Shown here in pieces: positions 1-8,780 of a stretch of 49,476 bases of DNA. The notes below the pieces were generated by a model. It was not told the DNA's origin. It saw nothing but the letters and a program-made list of their open reading frames with translations, and ran no database searches. The position numbers were made by a program, and so were the translations under genes. The stretch is from Euryarchaeota archaeon UBA549 (GTDB lineage: Archaea; Thermoplasmatota; Poseidoniia; Poseidoniales; Poseidoniaceae). The stretch is taken from contig DAGF01000091.1 in NCBI GenBank assembly GCA_002495645.1, positions 1 to 49,476 of the forward strand, in the 5' to 3' direction. Numbering within the stretch: the first letter of the stretch is position 1; each line of letters starts with the position of its first letter.

Positions 1-33
1 CCTTTTGAGCCTTCACCTGTGCAGGACAGCGAA

Positions 34-1335
34 TCAAACGCAGTCAATAGTAGCATCACGGTCTGGACCGACACCCACGCTGGTGCACGGCACGCCCACC
101 AAGGCTTCGAGTTTCGCGATGTACTGTTGAGCGGCTGCAGGCAGGACAGCGATGCCTTTGCCTGATTCGTTGGCGTGAACAGCCATGGCCAGCCACTCGG
201 ATAGCGAGAGTTCGGGGAACCCTGGCATGGTGAGGTAGATGGGTTTGCAGCGGGCCAGGGCGGAGGCGGTGGAAGGCAGTTCCGTGATTTCCTTGCCATC
301 CAGTTCGTACGCCACGCAGATCTTGAGTTCCTCAAGCCCGCCCAAGACGTCCAGTTTTGTGAGGGCCAGACCGGTGAAGCCGTTGATGCGCTGTGCGTGG
401 CGCATGACCACGGCGTCAAACCAACCGCAGCGTCGCTTCCTGCCCGTAGTGGTTCCGAATTCATGACCCACTGTGCCCATGTGTTCACCCGCCTCGTCGT
501 CCAGTTCGGTGGGCATGGCGCCGTGGCCGACCCGGGTGATGTAGGCCTTGGTGATGCCAATGACATCCTTCACATGCCCAGGGTGGATACCGGCCCCATG
601 GGTGGCGTTGCCTCGCGAGGTAACTGACGAGGTGACGAAGGGGAAGGTGCCCTGGTCGATGTCCAGCAGGCAGCCTTGTGCGCCTTCGAGAATGACATGC
701 TCGCCCAGTTTCAGGGCGTTGTCGAGCATCAAGCCGGTGTTCGCAATGGAGCTTGCGTAATTCTCGTGAATCCATGCGATGTCGCCGGCCAAACCTTCAG
801 CTGAGACTCGTTCACCGGAACCGGCCGCTTCCAGGGATGCGTTCATGCGGGCCACCGTGGCGTTGATCCAGTCGTCGTCGCCAAGCACTTCGGCCACGTC
901 GCCAAAGCGAAGCCCGACACGGTTGATTTTGTCAGCGTAGGTGGGTCCGATGCCACGACCGGTGGTGCCGATTTTGGTGTCGAGACTGTCCATGTAGCGG
1001 TGGTAGGGGAGAATGATGTGGGCTCGCTCGCTGACAAAAAGGCGTTCACCACGGGGGTCTTCACCGGTGGTCTCTTTCCATCCGCTCAATTCCTTGTCGA
1101 GCACCCACGGGTCGATGACCATGCCATCGCCGAGCACCAGGTGGCATTCTTTGCGGGTAATGCCAGAAGGAAGCAGGTGGAACTTCAGCACCTGTTCACC
1201 GAGCACGACGGTGTGTCCAGCGTTGTTTCCACCTTGGAATCGGGCGACCCACGTGGCTTGTTCCGCCAATCGGTCAACCAATTTCCCTTTTCCTTCGTCG
1301 CCCCACTGAGCACCCAGAATCACGGTGGCTGGCAT
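34..1335 (-). CDS. purA: Adenylosuccinate synthetase
   Basis: GAQWGDEGKGK, RFQGGNNAGHT, GTTGRGIGPTYADK, EGAQG, EFGTTTGRKRRCGWFD and TKLDVL motifs. Start moved to the ATG at 1335 (MPATVILG). Confidence 0.97.
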   Translation of the reverse strand: MPATVILGAQWGDEGKGKLVDRLAEQATWVARFQGGNNAGHTVVLGEQVLKFHLLPSGITRKECHLVLGDGMVIDPWVLDKELSGWKETTGEDPRGERLFVSERAHIILPYHRYMDSLDTKIGTTGRGIGPTYADKINRVGLRFGDVAEVLGDDDWINATVARMNASLEAAGSGERVSAEGLAGDIAWIHENYASSIANTGLMLDNALKLGEHVILEGAQGCLLDIDQGTFPFVTSSVTSRGNATHGAGIHPGHVKDVIGITKAYITRVGHGAMPTELDDEAGEHMGTVGHEFGTTTGRKRRCGWFDAVVMRHAQRINGFTGLALTKLDVLGGLEELKICVAYELDGKEITELPSTASALARCKPIYLTMPGFPELSLSEWLAMAVHANESGKGIAVLPAAAQQYIAKLEALVGVPCTSVGVGPDRDATIDCV

Positions 1336-1547
1336 CTCAATCCTCAAGTCGCTTGGCACCGCGGGACGCCTTTGAACCCTGTGATGCTGTTTGGTTCAAA
1401 TCCGTGGTCGGAGCGTGCAGAGCGCACCCATGAACAGGAACGACCGTTTATAACAAGAAACGTGAACTCACACATGAGGTACCCGATTTGTTCACAGGTC
1501 TAAACCGTGTATTGAGCGAGACCAAGTGTGTGCAAAGAAACCTCGGA

Positions 1548-1555
1548 TTTATATA
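1548..1555 (+). promoter_or_regulatory. Archaeal TATA box (TTTATATA) upstream of tfb
   Basis: Consensus-like TATA in a GC-rich background, about 34 nt before the ATG at 1589. An AGGAG Shine-Dalgarno-like site lies at 1579-1583. Confidence 0.65.
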
Positions 1556-1588
1556 ACACAATGTTCCACTACTAAACAAGGAGTTGAG

Positions 1589-2602
1589 ATGATGAAACAA
1601 AAAAACGAGCCAACACAGGCCAAGACCGCAACGAGCCCAACCCTGCCCGGCATGACGCCTCACGACCATTCCCGCCGAACCCTCGAGGGCCACACTCGAC
1701 CCTGTGAAGAGTGCGGCGCCGTCAACTGGGATTTTGATATCTCCCGTGGTGAAATCACCTGCGGCGATTGTGGACTGGTGGCTGAGGAAAACGTCCCAGA
1801 CCCGGGCGCCGAATGGACCAACCGAGACAACGGTGAGGACCGGTCTCGTGTCGGTCGCCCCATGACCTACACCCTTGCTGATAAGGGCCTCAACACCACC
1901 ATCGATGTTCGCGACCTCAACACCGGTATTGCCTCCCGTCACGGCATGAGCTCCCAAGCCCGTCGAGACTGGCGACGCCGTCGTGTCATCGACGAACGCT
2001 CGAAGACTCGAAAGAGTCGTGAGCGAAACTTGGTGAAAGCCAACCAATTCATCCGTGACCGCTCTGGTCTGCCCGCACCGCTCCAAGAAGAGGCGGCCCG
2101 TCTCTACCGTCGCCTCTCCGGCGAAGGCTTCGTCACCGGTCGTTCCATCGCCGGCGTAACCGCTGCGTGCACCTACCTCGTCGCACGACAAGAAGGGTTG
2201 CCCCGCCAAATTCCCGACGTGGCTGAGGCCTATGACATCACTGAAAAGGACCTCTCCCGCTTGATTCGCCAGGTCTCTCGCCGCCTCAACATGCACAAAA
2301 TCACCGCACCTGACGAGTACTTTGACAAGTTCATGTCTGACCTCGGACTTGAACCCAGCATCCGAACCCCGCTTGACGAATTGTGGAGGACCATCCAACC
2401 GCACGACGATGTCTGGCAAGGAAAGAAACCGATGGGCGTGGCTGCCGCACTCATTTACAAGGCTGCCAACGATGCGGGAACGCCTCGCACCCAATCGGAA
2501 GTCTGTGCAGTGGCGAACGTCTCTGAGGTCACGCTGCGTGGTCTGCTTCGCATCATCGACGGACTGTTGGAGAAAATTCGTCAGTACCAGAACTTGCAGT
2601 GA
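1589..2602 (+). CDS. tfb: Transcription initiation factor IIB (TFB)
   Basis: Zn ribbon CEECG...CGDCGLV, B-reader-like GAEW...RSRVGRP..DKGLNTTI, two cyclin folds (GRSIAGVTAACTY; GKKPMGVAAALIY) and the HTH RTQSEVCAVANVSEVTLR. Confidence 0.95.
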   Translation: MMKQKNEPTQAKTATSPTLPGMTPHDHSRRTLEGHTRPCEECGAVNWDFDISRGEITCGDCGLVAEENVPDPGAEWTNRDNGEDRSRVGRPMTYTLADKGLNTTIDVRDLNTGIASRHGMSSQARRDWRRRRVIDERSKTRKSRERNLVKANQFIRDRSGLPAPLQEEAARLYRRLSGEGFVTGRSIAGVTAACTYLVARQEGLPRQIPDVAEAYDITEKDLSRLIRQVSRRLNMHKITAPDEYFDKFMSDLGLEPSIRTPLDELWRTIQPHDDVWQGKKPMGVAAALIYKAANDAGTPRTQSEVCAVANVSEVTLRGLLRIIDGLLEKIRQYQNLQ

Positions 2603-2642
2603 GCGAGGCAACCTTCATGAACGGGGCCTGCAAGCCCTCTGC

Positions 2643-2918
2643 ATGGGATTCAAGGCGAAGGCGCGCAAGCACAAGAAAGACGCCGGTGAGGATCAGAAGA
2701 AAACCAAATCCAGCGCCAAAGAAGGCGAACTGCCATGCGGCGTGAAAGGCTGCGATAACTTCGCAGACAAATCCTTTGGCGGACGTTCACTCTCAGTTGA
2801 CGACGCCATCGAAATGTGGGGCTCCAACGGCTACGAAATGCGGAAGGGACGTGTGCGCGTCTGCAAATCTTGCTACCGAAAGTGGAAGAAGGAAAACAAG
2901 AACGACGAAATGTACTGA
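2643..2918 (+). CDS. Small basic putative zinc-binding protein (91 aa)
   Basis: ATG at 2643 inside the 2322..2918 ORF. Lys-rich N-terminus, with CGVKGC and CKSC cysteine pairs. Confidence 0.7.
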   Translation: MGFKAKARKHKKDAGEDQKKTKSSAKEGELPCGVKGCDNFADKSFGGRSLSVDDAIEMWGSNGYEMRKGRVRVCKSCYRKWKKENKNDEMY

Positions 2919-2986
2919 TGTTCACTTTCACTTTCTCCCGTTGGGTGTGAAAAAGTAAGGTGTACCTCCAGCACTTCATTCACCCC

Positions 2987-3550
2987 ATGAATCAACGTAC
3001 AATTGTCCGCAGTCTCACGACAAACGACGGCACACTGGTCGCCATGAACGACGGTGTTGTCTCGTGGAAACCACGTGAAGGCCGAGCGACGAGGACCAAA
3101 CTCGAAGGCTTGCCGACCGTTCTTCTCGCCATGCGCGGGCCAATGGGCCCCGTTGACGCAACGGCCATCGGATGCGCCGACGGTAATGTCGTCGTCCTGA
3201 CCATACCCCGTTTGGAAACCGTTGCGAAGTTCTCCCTCAATTCTGGAAGCATACGGGCATTGACGCTGGTTGATGAGGGCGGCCTCCACTTTCTTGTCGG
3301 TACGCAACACGGCGCTGTCTGGTCAGTGTGCGACGGGCGAGCAAAGCGATGCATCCACGAATTTACCATTGACGGCCCAGTCTCAAGCCTCCACATCGAA
3401 GGCGAGCGAGTGCATGTCCGCAGCGGCTGGATGCATCACGTTCGAACACTGGACGGAACTTCCCATGATGTTGAAAACACGGCTGCAGCCTACCGCGTAA
3501 AACGGCAGAAGCGGCTCAGTCAAACGTATTTCATGCCCTATCCGGCTTAG
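2987..3550 (+). CDS. Hypothetical protein with WD40/beta-propeller-like blades
   Basis: Blade-like segments AIGCADGNVVVL, IRALTL..FLVGTQHGAVWSV and VSSLHIEGERVHV. ATG at 2987. Confidence 0.6.
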   Translation: MNQRTIVRSLTTNDGTLVAMNDGVVSWKPREGRATRTKLEGLPTVLLAMRGPMGPVDATAIGCADGNVVVLTIPRLETVAKFSLNSGSIRALTLVDEGGLHFLVGTQHGAVWSVCDGRAKRCIHEFTIDGPVSSLHIEGERVHVRSGWMHHVRTLDGTSHDVENTAAAYRVKRQKRLSQTYFMPYPA

Positions 3551-4323
3551 ACCGTTTCGTGTTCTTCAAGCGGCCATGGCGTACGCGGCGTTAACCAAAC
3601 GGCTGTTGGGGCTGGTCGGTCCCACGAGGATGGTGGTCGACCTTCGTTGTTCACGGCCTCTTCGTGGAAGGCGAGATGCCGGTCAAGCACCTCCTGAACA
3701 TGTTCCGCTCCACGAATGGCTGGACCTTGCAACGGCACGATGGAGGTCAGGTTTAGCCGCTTCATGCGTTTGATGCTGGCGATGACATCGATCAAGGAGC
3801 CACCGGGAAGGTCCCAACGGGTCGGACGGTCAGCCCTCGGAATGAGTGCTCCCACGACCAATGTGGAGAGGTGAGGTATGTGAAAACCCATCCCTTCACT
3901 GGCATGGCCGGGGAGATGGATGGAAACCACTTCGCCACCGCCCATGGGAAAAACATCCTCTTCGCTCAATCCCTCGGTGGCCGTACGGGGCATGTCTGAG
4001 TCGTAGCGATTGGCCCATGTCGTGAAAAAATCGCCCGTCTCAAGGGCGGCTTGGCCATCGGCGTGAATGTGAACAGGAACGCCCCCGAAGGCCTCGGCAA
4101 CATGGGCGGCACCACCCGATACTGGAAAGCGTCGTGAGGTCAAGAGAATGCGGTCCAAGCGCTCATCGCCCAATTGGCCAGTGACTCGTTCGACCTGCAG
4201 GGCCTGGTACCATGAAGTTCCTGCATTGATGAGAAGATGGCCTAACGACCCTGAGACAAGAACAACGTTCCCGTCGTGATGGATGCCCGGCAACCTCACG
4301 ACCTTCATGGGATGCCCATTCAT
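3547..4323 (-). CDS. Metallo-beta-lactamase-fold protein with degenerate metal site
   Basis: MBL topology cues (NVVLV..LLINAG, ILLT...GG, VHIH, HLPGHA..MGF, DLPGGS, IVP.QG), but the canonical HxHxDH position reads TSRRFPV. Confidence 0.75.
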   Translation of the reverse strand: MNGHPMKVVRLPGIHHDGNVVLVSGSLGHLLINAGTSWYQALQVERVTGQLGDERLDRILLTSRRFPVSGGAAHVAEAFGGVPVHIHADGQAALETGDFFTTWANRYDSDMPRTATEGLSEEDVFPMGGGEVVSIHLPGHASEGMGFHIPHLSTLVVGALIPRADRPTRWDLPGGSLIDVIASIKRMKRLNLTSIVPLQGPAIRGAEHVQEVLDRHLAFHEEAVNNEGRPPSSWDRPAPTAVWLTPRTPWPLEEHETV

Positions 4324-4361
4324 CGGTCAACCTTGAACATACCCAAAGCAGGTGGTTGCGG

Positions 4362-4368
4362 TTAAATA
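4362..4368 (+). promoter_or_regulatory. TATA-like box (TTAAATA) for rpl40e, probably a leaderless transcript
   Basis: AT-rich box 21 nt before the ATG at 4390, with no SD sequence in between. Confidence 0.5.
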
Positions 4369-4389
4369 GGGGAATTCGGTCGCCCCATC

Positions 4390-4539
4390 ATGGCACGATT
4401 CCCCGAGGCAGAAGCCCGCTTGCTTCACCGCAAGATTTGCATGCGCTGCAACGCACGCAACGCTGTTCGTGCTACTCGCTGCCGAAAGTGCGGCTACAAG
4501 GGACTGCGTCCCAAGAACATCGAGCGCAAGGGTAACTGA
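4390..4539 (+). CDS. rpl40e: 50S ribosomal protein L40e
   Basis: Not in the ORF track (49 aa). Hand translation gives [49 protein letters not shown], with the L40e [23 protein letters not shown] signature. Confidence 0.96.
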   Translation: MARFPEAEARLLHRKICMRCNARNAVRATRCRKCGYKGLRPKNIERKGN

Positions 4540-4544
4540 TGACG

Positions 4545-5540
4545 CTACCCAATCCACTGCATCAAGAGGGTTGTTGGGTCTCCAAACAACACCAGCGGAA
4601 GCACGGCCGGGAACAAGAAGACCAACAGCGGCATTTTGTGGCTGACCCATACCCTTTCCACGCCAAGAGATGAAAGACGCTGGAGGTGTTCGGCGAGCGC
4701 CTCCTTGGTTGGTGTTTTTCGAGGGGCCCGTGTCGCATGAACGACACGTTCCTCACCGCTTGGCATGACCATCGTGTCGCTCAAAACCCACACGTGCCGG
4801 TGAGGCACCTCGCCCACGGCCATCATGGATGCATGCCAGGCCAAGCGGAGGTCGCCAAATCCTCGCACATCTCCCCGCTTGAGATTGACAGCGAGCATGA
4901 CAACGGGAATGAACAAGAACGCGAGGCCACCCCAAATCAGCAAGGCGATGCTGACAGGTAAGGCCACGACGGCACCCTCACCCATGCTGCTGAAGGGAAG
5001 CGGGACCGAGGCCCAAGTTGGAAACATCAACGTGACCCACATCAAGGCCTTGGCGTCGGCACCACCGTGCAAAAGGCGGAGGCGCCAGGCAACATCAATG
5101 AACAAAATCACCAAGAGCAGTGAAGCTGTTCGCCACCACAACATGCCGAGACCGTCCCCGTCATCCAACACCACCTCGAGGGGTGTGGTCGCTTGGTACT
5201 GCACCGCACCAGCAACCAAGCCAATCATACTCGCTCCGTACCAAAACAGGAATGTTCTGTCCATCCAAGAGCCGCTCAAAGCGTCCTTGATGGTCGGTCG
5301 GCCGAACACAGAAACGCTGGCATAAGCGATGACGGCTGAAGCGGTCAGGTAGATGGTCCAGTCTGCTCCTTGCACCATCAAATCCAGCGCCCAGATGAAG
5401 ATGGCGGGTTTCGCCCAGACAATCCAATGTTCATTCGCAACTCTGCGCGTCTTATGGTCCATCCACGCTGCCCAGCCCATGCCGAGGAGAAGAACGGCGA
5501 CCCGTGTCCATCCCAAGATGGCCTCGTTGGTCGCTTGCAT
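4545..5540 (-). CDS. A24-family prepilin/pre-archaellin peptidase (FlaK/PibD-like)
   Basis: Multi-pass membrane protein with the first Asp in AAWMDHKTRRV, the GxGD-type HGGADAKALM motif and the C-terminal VWVSHKMPLLVFL of archaeal A24B peptidases. Confidence 0.85.
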   Translation of the reverse strand: MQATNEAILGWTRVAVLLLGMGWAAWMDHKTRRVANEHWIVWAKPAIFIWALDLMVQGADWTIYLTASAVIAYASVSVFGRPTIKDALSGSWMDRTFLFWYGASMIGLVAGAVQYQATTPLEVVLDDGDGLGMLWWRTASLLLVILFIDVAWRLRLLHGGADAKALMWVTLMFPTWASVPLPFSSMGEGAVVALPVSIALLIWGGLAFLFIPVVMLAVNLKRGDVRGFGDLRLAWHASMMAVGEVPHRHVWVLSDTMVMPSGEERVVHATRAPRKTPTKEALAEHLQRLSSLGVERVWVSHKMPLLVFLFPAVLPLVLFGDPTTLLMQWIG

Positions 5541-5614
5541 GGATGAACCACAGCGGCCATCAATTTAAAGACGGCCACCGACCAGCCGTCTTTGCGTGCA
5601 ACAAGGTGAGTACC

Positions 5615-5881
5615 ATGGACATCGAAGAACGATTAGAACAAGTTGCGTCCGTCATCAATCAAATTGACGACCCCAAAGTCCCACGAAACATCCGCCGACA
5701 GGCCAAAGAAGCCTGTGAAAACTGGCTGCTGAACAAAGGCCGACAACTGGATGTTCGCATCGCCATGGCTCAATCAAAACTGGAGGAACTGTACGAGGAC
5801 CCCAACATTCCACCCGAGTTCGGCACGCTGATCTTGACCATCAACACCGAACTTGAGCGCATTCTTACCGAAGTGCTCTGA
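5615..5881 (+). CDS. UPF0147 family protein
   Basis: DPKVPRNIRRQA...LEELYEDPNIP motifs. AGGTGA SD at 5604-5609 supports the ATG at 5615. Confidence 0.85.
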   Translation: MDIEERLEQVASVINQIDDPKVPRNIRRQAKEACENWLLNKGRQLDVRIAMAQSKLEELYEDPNIPPEFGTLILTINTELERILTEVL

Positions 5882-5882
5882 A

Positions 5883-7352
5883 TCACTCTTCTTCCTCTTC
5901 TTCGTCGCTGAAGGCGAAAACGAGGCGGCCGAGGAATAATCGCTCTTTGACGCTGAGTTTGCCCTCCGTAACGATGGCTTCGAATTGCTCATCCCAGTCC
6001 TCGCCGTCATGCATATGGTCAATACCGATTCGAATCAATGCAATTTGGTCAACACTCAAGCGACCTCTCCGCAGGGCGTATTCGGCCGCAATGCGAGCTG
6101 AGATGAGTTTCACCTGCTCGTCGGTGTAGCCCAGAACAGTTTGCAGTTCATTGAGCATGCGCTCCTCATAGGCCGTGATTCGGCCGTCTTTGATGGCCTC
6201 GCGCCATGCCTCTTCCAAGGTCGGCGCACGTTCTGAAAGAAGGATGGCCAGGGGGCGGGTGGCATCGATGTTCTCGAGAACAATTTTCAAAATGACCACG
6301 AGCGGGATGGAGAGAATCATGCCAATGATGCCCCAAACCCAGAAGGAAAAGGCCGTGACCACCAGGAGAAGCACAGGTGAGATGTCGAGCGCTCGACCGG
6401 CCCATCGTGTTTCGATGATGTTACCCCAAAGTTGCTGATTGGTCAAGAGGAGGACCGTGAGCAGCACCAGCATTGCAGGGTCAAGAAGGATAAATCCAAG
6501 CAGAATCGGTGGAATTGTGGCCAATAAGGAACCGATGTAGGGGACATAGTTCAGCAGGAAGGTGAGCAACGCCCAGGTGAACCAGAGGTCGATGCCGAAC
6601 ACCAGCATGACCAATCCTGCACAGACACCTGTACCAAAACCGACACCGGTCTTGACCACCACATAGGTGTTGACACTGGCTTCAATTTGGTCGCGAATCA
6701 TGTGGACGCGTTCACTTGCTCCACCGGGATAAGCCCGTTCAATCCGTCCCGGGAGCAAACTGGCTTCAAAGATGATGAACAGCAGGAAAAAGAGGACGGT
6801 GATTCCGGTGATGAAGAACATCCCAACGCTCGAGAGCAATCCGTTAAGGGCCTCGGAAATCCCAGAACCCTCATCAAGCAAGCCCATGCTTGCCAGGTCG
6901 TCATCAAGGGTCCCCTCAACGGTTGCACCTGCATCCAAGAGCGACTTACCAACCACGGGCATCTCCTTTAGGTCGGACCAACGTTCGTCGAGCAAGAGGG
7001 TGTACTCATCCATGCGCTCCTCGTCGGAGAGAAAATTATCCGCTTGCTGATAAGCGAAGAAACCCGCACTCAACACAATCAAAATCGCCAGCATGAGCAT
7101 GGTGATGTACGACAGCATGATGGGGAAACCCTTCTTTGAGAGGGCGTCAGCTCCAGGCTTCAAAACAAAATAGATACCAAGAGCGATGAACAATGGCTGA
7201 AGCACATCAATGAGTTGAATCAACCAGACGGTAACCAACGTCATGATGACCGCAGCATGAGATAGCACCGTCAGCCGATTACGGAATTGCTGACCCGTCC
7301 ATGCCGAAGACTCAGTCTCCATAACCCTAGCCTGCACGGCTTTGGTTTTCAA
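5883..7352 (-). CDS. AI-2E family transporter with C-terminal soluble extension
   Basis: LLNYVPYIGS, QQLWGNIIETR..GRALDISP and WGIIGMILSIPL motifs. Start is either TTG 7352 or ATG 7322. Confidence 0.88.
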   Translation of the reverse strand: MKTKAVQARVMETESSAWTGQQFRNRLTVLSHAAVIMTLVTVWLIQLIDVLQPLFIALGIYFVLKPGADALSKKGFPIMLSYITMLMLAILIVLSAGFFAYQQADNFLSDEERMDEYTLLLDERWSDLKEMPVVGKSLLDAGATVEGTLDDDLASMGLLDEGSGISEALNGLLSSVGMFFITGITVLFFLLFIIFEASLLPGRIERAYPGGASERVHMIRDQIEASVNTYVVVKTGVGFGTGVCAGLVMLVFGIDLWFTWALLTFLLNYVPYIGSLLATIPPILLGFILLDPAMLVLLTVLLLTNQQLWGNIIETRWAGRALDISPVLLLVVTAFSFWVWGIIGMILSIPLVVILKIVLENIDATRPLAILLSERAPTLEEAWREAIKDGRITAYEERMLNELQTVLGYTDEQVKLISARIAAEYALRRGRLSVDQIALIRIGIDHMHDGEDWDEQFEAIVTEGKLSVKERLFLGRLVFAFSDEEEEEE

Positions 7353-7375
7353 AACATCTCCAACAGAAAAACGGC

Positions 7376-8707
7376 TTATTCTGCCTCGTCAAGCTCAGGC
7401 ATAACGGGCAACCGAAGGGTCAAGAGCCCTGATATCAACATCAAAAGACCGCACAGATGGAAGGGGGTGTGGTAGTCCCAAGGGTAGGAGCCGTTGACGG
7501 TTAATTCCCAAGCAAGACCACCAGAAAGCGGACCGAGGATACGGGCAAAGGCACTCAAGGATTCTTGAGCTCCCATCACGGCCCCCAAATCGTAATCTGT
7601 ATCCCTTGCAAGACGCGTGAGGTAGGTGCTCGAGGAGGGTTGAAACACACCGTTGCCAATCGCTATGCACGAAAGCACCAGCAGCATTTGGAGCCAAACC
7701 AAGTTCGTTTGCGTGTAAGGTATCATGACCAGCCCAATACCGGTCAGGATGATGGAGAGGGGAATGAGTCGGCGTGTGCCAAATTTACGGGTCAACGGGC
7801 CAATCAACGTAGCCTGAGTAAAGATACCCAAGAGACCAATCATGGCGAACATACGCCCGTTGTCTTGCTCCGAAAATCCAAGCCCGCCGTTCGCAGGATC
7901 CATTTCCGTGTACAAGATGAACACAGAGTGCATGACGGTGAACCCGAGCATGAACAGCATGGAGACCCAAATCATTGCACCGATGGTCGCCGTCCGAAGC
8001 ATCGACACCGAATTACTTGCGATCATGGACATTTGACGACCCCATGAAAGGTGCTCGTCCTCGCGGGCACGCTCAAGGTCAATGGACTCAGGGAGTTTGA
8101 AGTACGCAAGCACGAGGGAACCTGCTGAAAGAATGCTCGCTATAAGGCACGGCAACAAGTAAGGGTAGGTCTCAAAGATTGTTCCAACAAAGAGGTCCCA
8201 ACGTTCAGCAGGGCTTGAAAACTCTCCACCAATAAAGGGCCCGATGGTGAAGCCAAGACCGAAGGCTGCACCGATGAGGCCCATGCGTGTGGCCAATTGT
8301 TTGGGTGTGCTGACATCCCCTATGTACGCCCGTGCTACAGCGATGTTTCCGTTGAAGATGCCTGCAAAGAACCTCATTGACAAAGCGAAGAGGAGGGTGT
8401 TGGACAAACCAAAGGCCGTGAAAAAGACGGTGTTTCCAACCAGACCGATCATCAAAACCCGACGTCGCCCGATTCGGTCAGAAAGCGACCCCCAAAAAGG
8501 TGAGGAAATGAATTGGGCTGACGAGTAGGCCGTCATCAACAGGCCCACCCAAAGACCAACTTGAACCACGCCTTGCTCTGCAGCAAGGTCCTGGACGAGA
8601 TATGTCAGAAATGGTATGATGATACCAAATCCAATCATGTCGATCATCGTGACCAAAAAGAGCGCCAAAAGAGCCCCCTTTCCTGCATCACGTGTCGTCG
8701 TTGACAT
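7376..8707 (-). CDS. MFS transporter (TetA/DHA1-like)
   Basis: IDMIGFGIIIP, motif A WGSLSDRIGRRRVL, motif C GAAFGLGFTIGPFIGG, about 12 TM helices. Start moved to ATG 8707 because the longer ORF overlaps lonB. Confidence 0.9.
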   Translation of the reverse strand: MSTTTRDAGKGALLALFLVTMIDMIGFGIIIPFLTYLVQDLAAEQGVVQVGLWVGLLMTAYSSAQFISSPFWGSLSDRIGRRRVLMIGLVGNTVFFTAFGLSNTLLFALSMRFFAGIFNGNIAVARAYIGDVSTPKQLATRMGLIGAAFGLGFTIGPFIGGEFSSPAERWDLFVGTIFETYPYLLPCLIASILSAGSLVLAYFKLPESIDLERAREDEHLSWGRQMSMIASNSVSMLRTATIGAMIWVSMLFMLGFTVMHSVFILYTEMDPANGGLGFSEQDNGRMFAMIGLLGIFTQATLIGPLTRKFGTRRLIPLSIILTGIGLVMIPYTQTNLVWLQMLLVLSCIAIGNGVFQPSSSTYLTRLARDTDYDLGAVMGAQESLSAFARILGPLSGGLAWELTVNGSYPWDYHTPFHLCGLLMLISGLLTLRLPVMPELDEAE

Positions 8708-8780
8708 GGTGACCGATGTTTGCTCAACACCGTTTGTTTTAGAATGCGACCCCAATAATCCCGCCGAGGGGATGGTTTTC

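Noticed and set aside
1388..1410. GGTTCAAATCC resembling a tRNA T-loop
   Set aside because: The flanking bases give only a weak T-stem, and no acceptor, D or anticodon arms can be built. It is better explained as half of an inverted repeat.
1448..2611. 387-aa antisense ORF over tfb, and similar long shadow ORFs (9168..10133, 19696..20592, 29587..30375, 42862..44013, 47302..48195)
   Set aside because: They lie opposite well-supported genes and have no recognisable motifs. Such ORFs are expected from codon bias in GC-rich DNA.
4327..4650. 107-aa minus-strand ORF
   Set aside because: It is antisense to the clear rpl40e gene and overlaps the A24 peptidase.
4545..5540. Archaellum or type IV pilus locus around the A24 peptidase
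   Set aside because: No archaellin/pilin, ATPase or platform genes are in the window, and the large secreted proteins have ordinary Sec-type signal peptides.
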